Virus record (IMG/VR): IMGVR_UViG_3300044844_001069
Span: 1 to 48,561 of that record
DNA length: 48,561 nt
Origin: a virus
Taxonomy: Duplodnaviria; Caudoviricetes
Strand: one strand, 5' to 3'
Position 1 is the first letter of the stretch. Every line of letters begins with the position of its first letter. A program made the position numbers and the translations under genes. Positions 42,580 through 48,561 of the stretch are shown here, in pieces. The notes beneath the pieces are model-generated. The model was not told the DNA's origin and did no database searches. It worked only from the letters and a program-made list of their open reading frames with translations.

Positions 42580-44418
42580 TTATCTGACTCTACGCTTGAT
42601 TTGACGAGGAGCTACGGAATTAGCGGGATTGCGATATTTACCATTCAGCATTTTGAACGCAGCGTATGCATAAACGCGACAGTCAAGTGCTTCATTTCGA
42701 CCACCGTTCGGCTTAATCCATCTTTGCACAGCAAAGCCACGCTGATATTTTGTTTCTAGCTGTTCAATAGTCATTTGGTTATACCATTCTTCATCACGAC
42801 TCATGGGCGTGTGCATATAGCCAGCACCTGCTTGCGTCATTCTCATTCTACGGTAAATAATCCCTTTTGCTTCATCAACACCAACAATAATAGGATGTCC
42901 GCCTTTTTTCCGTGCTTTGAGCATCCTGCGTTTACGTTCTTTTTCATGCTCAACAACGGGTCGCTTTCCTGCTTGCCCTTTGCACGAGAAAACAAAGTTT
43001 AATGCCATTCTATTCACGCATTCATAAACTCGCGTTGCAGAGAAGCCTGAGTCAATTAATGCCATTGAAATTGGAAGCATTATTCCTTGATCGTCACTAT
43101 AATTCTCAATCAACCATTCTTTGAGTTCATCCCAGACTTCAAATGAATCAATTGTATCTCCCCAGAGAATTTGATAATCGGCTGACCAACTTTCTTCATT
43201 TGAATTCCAAGCGACAATTTCAAACTCAAGTCGATCTGGTTGAACGTCAACACCCATTGTTAAGCAAACAGCCTGAGATGAAAACTTCTCATATTCCTCT
43301 GCACGTCCTCGGAAAGTATTCGGGTCAACGCTTTCGGTTTCTTCTTTATCTGCTTCACCGAGCGTGGTATTGATGAATGTACGCAAAAGGATAGGGTCTT
43401 TGTAGCAACTCAGCCATTCACGGACAATTTGTGACCACGTTTGCATAGGACTATAAGCAGTCCAAATGTGAATGCCAACAGTCAATGGTGTTTCAATAAC
43501 TTGGTCTTCATCATTGTAAAAAAAGCCATCCTGATAATAGATACCATCATCACTTTGATAACGTCCATTTTCCCAGACTGACAAAAATTGTGACTGGTTA
43601 TATCCTGAACCGCATTTTTGGCAATGATGAAGTATGCTTTCGGGTTCATCTTTTTCCCACATCATACTTTTCCATTCTAGCGGATGAAGTTTTTCGCAAT
43701 ATGGGCAAGGAATATAAAACCGTAATTTGATAACATTCTTTTCATGGCGTTCAGTAATTAAACACGTTCCTGCGATCTTTGGTGTTGAACCGCACACCAG
43801 TTTAGGAAATACTGAACCTGATGTTCGCTTGTTTGCAAGTAAGGCTGGATTACCTTCCGCTTCAATATCAGGTTCAAATGATGCAAGCTCATCTAAGTAA
43901 GCACAATCAACAGAAATCTCACGATAGTTTTTAGCCGCTGTTCCTCCAAGGATTCTAAGCGTTGTGCCGTTATCAAATATCTTTAAGTTTTGCGTATTTC
44001 TGGCACATTTCTTATCGTAAGAGTTCTTGAACATCGCCCGAACTGAGGGTACGTCACGAAGCATAGTATCGATTTGAGTCTTTGAAAACGTAACGGCTGA
44101 TGCATCAGTGGGAAGCCAAATTGCCTGATTGCGTTTTTTGTGTTCCTGAAAATAGCCGATACACGCTAAGAGCATTTTGGAATAGCCGATACGCGCAGAC
44201 TTCAATATATCAATTTCCCTAATGCCATCATTCCCTATCATATCGAGTATGGGTGCTTGATACGGGTAAGATTCCCATCGCCCACTGATATAAGAACTTT
44301 CTGCTGATAGGAAAAAGTTGTTATTTGACCAACGACTGACAGACTGTGGGGGTTCTTTTCTAATTGATAAGAGTCCACGCTGAATTGCGTTATTGATTTT
44401 ATCTGTTATTGATTTCAT
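42580..44418 (-). CDS. terL: Terminase large subunit, lambda gpA family
   Basis: KSARIGYS, LDE, GSTP, CP.C / C..C, F.NT.LGE, GVDVQ, IDSG, RNEALDC.VYA. Confidence 0.96.
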   Translation of the reverse strand: MKSITDKINNAIQRGLLSIRKEPPQSVSRWSNNNFFLSAESSYISGRWESYPYQAPILDMIGNDGIREIDILKSARIGYSKMLLACIGYFQEHKKRNQAIWLPTDASAVTFSKTQIDTMLRDVPSVRAMFKNSYDKKCARNTQNLKIFDNGTTLRILGGTAAKNYREISVDCAYLDELASFEPDIEAEGNPALLANKRTSGSVFPKLVCGSTPKIAGTCLITERHEKNVIKLRFYIPCPYCEKLHPLEWKSMMWEKDEPESILHHCQKCGSGYNQSQFLSVWENGRYQSDDGIYYQDGFFYNDEDQVIETPLTVGIHIWTAYSPMQTWSQIVREWLSCYKDPILLRTFINTTLGEADKEETESVDPNTFRGRAEEYEKFSSQAVCLTMGVDVQPDRLEFEIVAWNSNEESWSADYQILWGDTIDSFEVWDELKEWLIENYSDDQGIMLPISMALIDSGFSATRVYECVNRMALNFVFSCKGQAGKRPVVEHEKERKRRMLKARKKGGHPIIVGVDEAKGIIYRRMRMTQAGAGYMHTPMSRDEEWYNQMTIEQLETKYQRGFAVQRWIKPNGGRNEALDCRVYAYAAFKMLNGKYRNPANSVAPRQIKRRVR

Positions 44419-44957
44419 AGCTTATCCAATTCTATTGCTTCTTTAATGTCATCCTCACTCACACGAATATCTGATATGGCGTTCTGCACCGTAACTAATT
44501 CCTTTGTGATAAGTTCAATATCGGTGATAGTCAGGTGGGGTATTCTGCGTTTTAAATTTAGTGGGATTGATGCCAAATGCGATGCGGCACTTGAGCCTAT
44601 CTTTCCAAGTGTAAGCTCTAAAGCTGTTATCGGGACAAGCTGACCTGCTTTTATCATGACTCGCAGTTCACTCTCTTTTGCCTGAGATGCTGCAAGCTTT
44701 GTTTTTTCTACGGTGAGTTTATCTGATAGCGATAAGCCTTCATCATCGATGGGTTCGGAATTGGATTTATTGCTTTTGCGCAAATAGGTGAAGAATTTGT
44801 GGCGTAGTTCTTCCCATTCGACTGTTTTGTAATCAATACCCATGTTAGTCATGTAACGACTCATTGCGGATTCAGGGATGCGTAAAACGTTATTTTCATC
44901 CCTTCCGCAGAGGTATTCGGATATATCGATTAAAGTCCGTGTATTGTGCTGCCCCAT
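44415..44957 (-). CDS. terS: Terminase small subunit (Nu1-like)
   Basis: EK.KL...QA...EL.....G.LVP, L..IP..LKR..P.L; overlaps the terL start. Confidence 0.85.
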   Translation of the reverse strand: MGQHNTRTLIDISEYLCGRDENNVLRIPESAMSRYMTNMGIDYKTVEWEELRHKFFTYLRKSNKSNSEPIDDEGLSLSDKLTVEKTKLAASQAKESELRVMIKAGQLVPITALELTLGKIGSSAASHLASIPLNLKRRIPHLTITDIELITKELVTVQNAISDIRVSEDDIKEAIELDKL

Positions 44958-45082
44958 AGCATTTATGCCCTTTTGATTAAAAGCTATAGTGTACTATTTT
45001 TCACAAAATTAATAAATCGTTTGCTATTTTAATAATTATTTGATAATATTTTTAAAACTTTTATTACAACAGAGGAGAAATC

Positions 45083-45478
45083 ATGGCTAAAAAATTACTC
45101 TTGACTCCAAGTGAGCAAGAAACGCTTTCTGATATTCAAATAGCAATTGCTGAAGCAGATATTGATCCGAAATCAACTGATTTGCTTTCTTTTAAAATTA
45201 CAGCACATCGCTATCATGCTGATTGGGATAAAGCTAAATATTGCTCATTGGCAAAACAATCTAATTTGCGTTTGCCAACTTTAACCGAAATGCGGGAAAT
45301 ATTGGAATGTTATGACAACCCAATTAATGACGGTGAATATTGGGTTGCAAATAGCGTTTCAAGCAGTGAAGCATTTCTTTACAATGTTAATAAGAAAGGT
45401 ATTGGCAATATTATTAGTGATGCAAAAAATATGCGTCATTCGTATTTTTATGTTCAAGACAAATCAAAAGGGGAATAA
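45083..45478 (+). CDS. Hypothetical protein with Lcl/DUF1566-like motif
   Basis: W..A.YC...RLPT..E....YW pattern; GAGGAG RBS. Confidence 0.6.
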   Translation: MAKKLLLTPSEQETLSDIQIAIAEADIDPKSTDLLSFKITAHRYHADWDKAKYCSLAKQSNLRLPTLTEMREILECYDNPINDGEYWVANSVSSSEAFLYNVNKKGIGNIISDAKNMRHSYFYVQDKSKGE

Positions 45479-45479
45479 A

Positions 45480-45770
45480 ATGAGTAACATAAACGCAATG
45501 AGCAGAGAAAAAGCAATGAAAGCGGCAAACTTAATTGCCAATGATTTTACAGTCGGATTTTTTGACCAAAGAATGGTTGAAAATATAGCAGGTAGAATTG
45601 AGGAAGTTTATAACGATTTAGCAGGTGCAATGGATTTGCGTGATTATTTTGCGGCTAAAGCAATGCAAGGATTTTGTGTAGCAGATAATATACATTTTGC
45701 CGATTTAGATATTACAGCTAAAAAGTCTTATTTAATAGCAGACGCAATGCTGAAAGCAAAAGGGGAATAA
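45480..45770 (+). CDS. LRD.FAAKAM-motif phage protein, copy 2
   Basis: Start moved to ATG 45480; LRDYFAAKAMQ...SY.IADAML. Confidence 0.8.
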   Translation: MSNINAMSREKAMKAANLIANDFTVGFFDQRMVENIAGRIEEVYNDLAGAMDLRDYFAAKAMQGFCVADNIHFADLDITAKKSYLIADAMLKAKGE

Positions 45771-45771
45771 A

Positions 45772-46131
45772 ATGAGATTAAAACCAAATGTCACAGAAAA
45801 AAGTTTTGAAAAAGAATTTGAAATTGTTGACGCAAATGGGCAATGTTTTGCTCAAGTCATTTGCGGCTGGACAGAGTTTACACATCATGTGCCAGCCACA
45901 TTTCATCACGCTGATGAAAGTGAAACTGAATCATCAGGTTTAAACATTGAAATGTTTATTGGTAGTTCGCATGGTGAAATTGAAATGACATTCAGAAACA
46001 AGCATATCCCTTATGAGCAATACTGGTCGATTGTGGCACATATTGATAAATATGGGCATGATACAAGTGTGCCAAATTTAGTGATGAAGCCTTTTGGCTT
46101 AAAAATGATAATTGGTGCTGATGATGAATGA
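45772..46131 (+). CDS. Hypothetical protein
   Basis: AGGGG RBS; operon packing. Confidence 0.7.
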   Translation: MRLKPNVTEKSFEKEFEIVDANGQCFAQVICGWTEFTHHVPATFHHADESETESSGLNIEMFIGSSHGEIEMTFRNKHIPYEQYWSIVAHIDKYGHDTSVPNLVMKPFGLKMIIGADDE

Positions 46132-46372
46132 CAATATATTGAAAAGAAATAGCGAAATTATGGATGAAATATCGGATTGTTTACTAGACAATTCTAATTT
46201 ACCTGAAGGATACTCAGTTGAAATATTGAGTAGTGTGAAATCATCTTATGGGTGGTTTGGCGGTTATAGCACTGAATATGTTGTCACTGCTCCCGATGGG
46301 AAAGTATGTAAAGATTCGGTTGAACTCCATGAGAAATTACCTGTTGGGAAATATGTCCCAATATCCATTTGA
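46112..46372 (+). CDS. Hypothetical protein (start probably 46121-46124)
   Basis: Overlapping operon gene. Confidence 0.65.
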   Translation: MVLMMNDNILKRNSEIMDEISDCLLDNSNLPEGYSVEILSSVKSSYGWFGGYSTEYVVTAPDGKVCKDSVELHEKLPVGKYVPISI

Positions 46373-46386
46373 AAAAAGGAATACTA

Positions 46387-47322
46387 ATGAAACAAATACC
46401 AGTTAATCAAGATAAAGTTAAATGCGCATCAGCAAGTAATGGTGATTTGTTAAAACAACGAATGGCATATCCAATGAAGGCAAAACTTGCCTTAACTAAA
46501 GATAGAATTACAGAATGGTATGATTATCATGAAGGTATGGTTTATGTAGCCTTTAGCGGAGGAAAAGATTCAACAGTCCTTTTGCATATTGTAAGAAGCA
46601 TCTACCCTGAAGTTCCCGCAGTATTTTGTGATACAGGATTAGAGTTTCCAGAAAACCGTACTTTTGTGAAAACAATAGATAACGTCACATGGCTAAAACC
46701 AGCAATGAATTTTAAAGCCGCATTAGAAAAATATGGCTTTCCTCTTGTAAGCAAAGAAGTATCGCAAAAGGTTTCCGAACTTCAGACCACTAAATCAGAA
46801 AAATTAAAAAATATCAGATTACATGGTAATGAAAAAGGTCATGGTAAATGCCCAACAAAATGGCAATATCTTGCAGACGCACCATTTAAAATATCAGCTA
46901 AATGCTGTGATATATATAAAAAAAATCCATCTAAAAAATATGAAAAAGAAACTGGGAGAGTAAAGTTTGTTGGCACTATGACAGAAGAGTCATCATTAAG
47001 GCAAGCTAGTTATTTAAAAACGGGATGTAATGCCTATGAACAAAATAACCCTCGTAGCGCACCTATGTCCTTTTGGACTGAAGCAGATGTGTGGGAATAT
47101 ATTAATGAATTTAATGTTCCATATAGTGCAATATACGATATGGGATATAAAAGAACAGGATGCGTTTTTTGCCCACTTGGCGTTCAATATGAGCATGGTG
47201 ATGGTGAACAAAATAGATTTCAAAAGCTTGCTAAAACTCACCCTAAACTGCATAAATATGCAATGGAGGATTTGGGTTATCGTGAAAAATTAGCCTATAT
47301 TGGCGTAACAGATTTGGATTAA
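46387..47322 (+). CDS. PAPS reductase / PP-loop family Fe-S protein
   Basis: AFSGGKDS, DTG, CC...K..P, WTE.DVW.Y, RTGC..C. Confidence 0.92.
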   Translation: MKQIPVNQDKVKCASASNGDLLKQRMAYPMKAKLALTKDRITEWYDYHEGMVYVAFSGGKDSTVLLHIVRSIYPEVPAVFCDTGLEFPENRTFVKTIDNVTWLKPAMNFKAALEKYGFPLVSKEVSQKVSELQTTKSEKLKNIRLHGNEKGHGKCPTKWQYLADAPFKISAKCCDIYKKNPSKKYEKETGRVKFVGTMTEESSLRQASYLKTGCNAYEQNNPRSAPMSFWTEADVWEYINEFNVPYSAIYDMGYKRTGCVFCPLGVQYEHGDGEQNRFQKLAKTHPKLHKYAMEDLGYREKLAYIGVTDLD

Positions 47323-47326
47323 ACTA

Positions 47327-47551
47327 ATGAATATTATTAAAAACTTTTTTGCCATATTGACCATTTATACCGCAATGCTCCTTGGAACAGTAATCAATAT
47401 GCTTGCATTACCAGTAAGAGCAATTATCGACCCAAAACTTATTGACTTTAAAGATGATGAGTTTGAGGAAGTATTGTTTGAAAGAGGTATTGGTGTTGCG
47501 GCTGATTGCGCCAAGTTATATCGGATTATGATGGGGAAAAAGAATGTCTGA
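47327..47551 (+). CDS. Hypothetical membrane-anchored protein
   Basis: Hydrophobic N-terminus; operon position. Confidence 0.6.
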   Translation: MNIIKNFFAILTIYTAMLLGTVINMLALPVRAIIDPKLIDFKDDEFEEVLFERGIGVAADCAKLYRIMMGKKNV

Positions 47552-47735
47552 TTTTATGCAGAAAATTTTTGAAGATTTGGTAATTTTATTTTTTGTGTTT
47601 GTTGAATTATTTGTGATTGCCGCAGTGCATTACTGGCTATTTGATACACGCGAAGACTTATTCATCAAATCGTCTATCACGCTATTATTGATTGATTATT
47701 ATATCAATAGAAAACTAGACACATTAGACCAATAA
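47544..47735 (+). CDS. Hypothetical membrane protein
   Basis: Hydrophobic segments; overlaps the previous gene. Confidence 0.6.
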   Translation: MSDFMQKIFEDLVILFFVFVELFVIAAVHYWLFDTREDLFIKSSITLLLIDYYINRKLDTLDQ

Positions 47736-48390
47736 AATCAAAATAAAATTGCAGACCGATACTTCACATTCAAAATCGGTCTGCAATCCTCAGCGATACT
47801 TCACATTAATCAATAAATCATATAAGGTTTTTCAGCACATCGCTCGTAGAGCATGGTGTCGCTGCAAGCCTTATGGAATCACACTTTCAGCTACTATACC
47901 TTAGCGGTGCTGATTTTACTGGCTTTGAGCAGGGTATGCTGTCTTGGTGCTGCATTTGCTGGTGTTAGCGTTTAAGCTTACCCTGAGGTTTACCTTGATG
48001 CATTTACCCTGAGGTTTGTCCTGAGGTTTGTCCTGAGGTTTGTCCTGAGGTTTGTCCTGAGGTTTACCCTGATGCATTTACTGGTGTTGCGTTTTTTCGT
48101 TTCAATCGCTGAGTCGTTTTTGTCACGTTTTGAAACTTTAAAATCAAAATAAAATTGCAGACCGATACTTCACATTCAAAATCAATGGCTAGACCGTAGC
48201 GAAAACTCACATTTTCCTGAATTTTTGTAAGGTTTTTCCGAGCATTGCTCGTAGAGGGGTGAAGGTCTGCAAGCCACGTATAATCACTGCTGCGAGGGGT
48301 ATAGGCTGCGCGTGTGATTATACGCGGGCTGCATGGGGTATGCCTTCACGGTGTTGATTTTACTACATTGTAAAACCTTACAAAAATTGA
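47733..48390. repeat. Duplicated non-coding element (period about 406 bp) with a 45-bp exact direct repeat and nested inverted repeats
   Basis: 47733-47777 equals 48139-48183; diverged similarity continues downstream. Confidence 0.9.
47978..48080. repeat. 12-bp tandem array CCTGAGGTTTGT (5 tandem cores plus variants)
   Basis: CCTGAGG at 47982, 48008, 48020, 48032, 48044, 48056. Confidence 0.95.
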
Positions 48391-48434
48391 TGTTTTATAA
48401 GTGATTGAATTCTATAGTGGTATTTTTTTCAAGT

Positions 48435-48561
48435 CTTTGAGCTGGATAGCCTTTGAGCTGGATAGCCTTTGAGCTGGATAGCCTTTGAGCTGGATAGCCT
48501 TTGAGCTGGATAGCCTTTGAGCTGGATAGCCTTTGAGCTGGATAGCCTTTGAGCTGGATAG
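48435..48561. repeat. Tandem array of 16-bp unit CTTTGAGCTGGATAGC, about 7.9 perfect copies, running off the window edge
   Basis: Read directly; begins at 48435. Confidence 0.98.

Noticed and set aside
45083-45478. DGR target because of the Lcl/DUF1566-like motif
   Set aside because: No template repeat or reverse transcriptase seen.
45312-45479. N-terminal extension of the 45312-45770 ORF
   Set aside because: It overlaps the upstream gene; the RBS and paralogue alignment support a start at 45480 or later.
48435-48561. Stop-free minus-strand frame through the 16-mer array (KGYPAQRLSSSKAIQL repeat)
   Set aside because: No visible start, it closes soon after the array, and a stop-free 16-mer is likely by chance.
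1-48561. N15-like hairpin-telomere plasmid prophage, or alternative genetic code
   Set aside because: No protelomerase or ParA/ParB recognised; genes are full-length under the standard code.

Overview
A near-complete, AT-rich tailed dsDNA phage genome (siphovirus-like) with no recognisable integrase; the NrdJb, PhoH and dUTPase sequences suggest a proteobacterial host. Left arm (minus strand): endolysin, ThyX-like protein, DUF3310, PhoH, dUTPase, SleB-like hydrolase, an iteron-rich origin candidate, a PrimPol/helicase and a Cro-like HTH gene. Plus strand: an APSE-type replication module (DUF2800 nuclease, DUF2815 SSB, VRR-NUC, SNF2 helicase) carrying a family B polymerase, an orphan NrdJb, a dCTP-deaminase-like gene, then neck and tail genes with a -1 frameshift chaperone pair, a 2763-aa tape measure protein, fibres and holin-like genes. 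The lambda-like head module is inverted, converges on the tail module and is interrupted by an accessory island. A PAPS-reductase-family operon and a repeat-dense non-coding region end the window. The main oddity: both ends are tandem arrays (23-mer left, 16-mer right) sharing the core AAGGCTATCCAGC in inverted orientation. Each is exactly 127 bp, so probably truncated by assembly, and the left one lies beside a lambda-like cos candidate flanked by IHF-consensus sites. Product calls come from motif recognition by eye; no searches were run.
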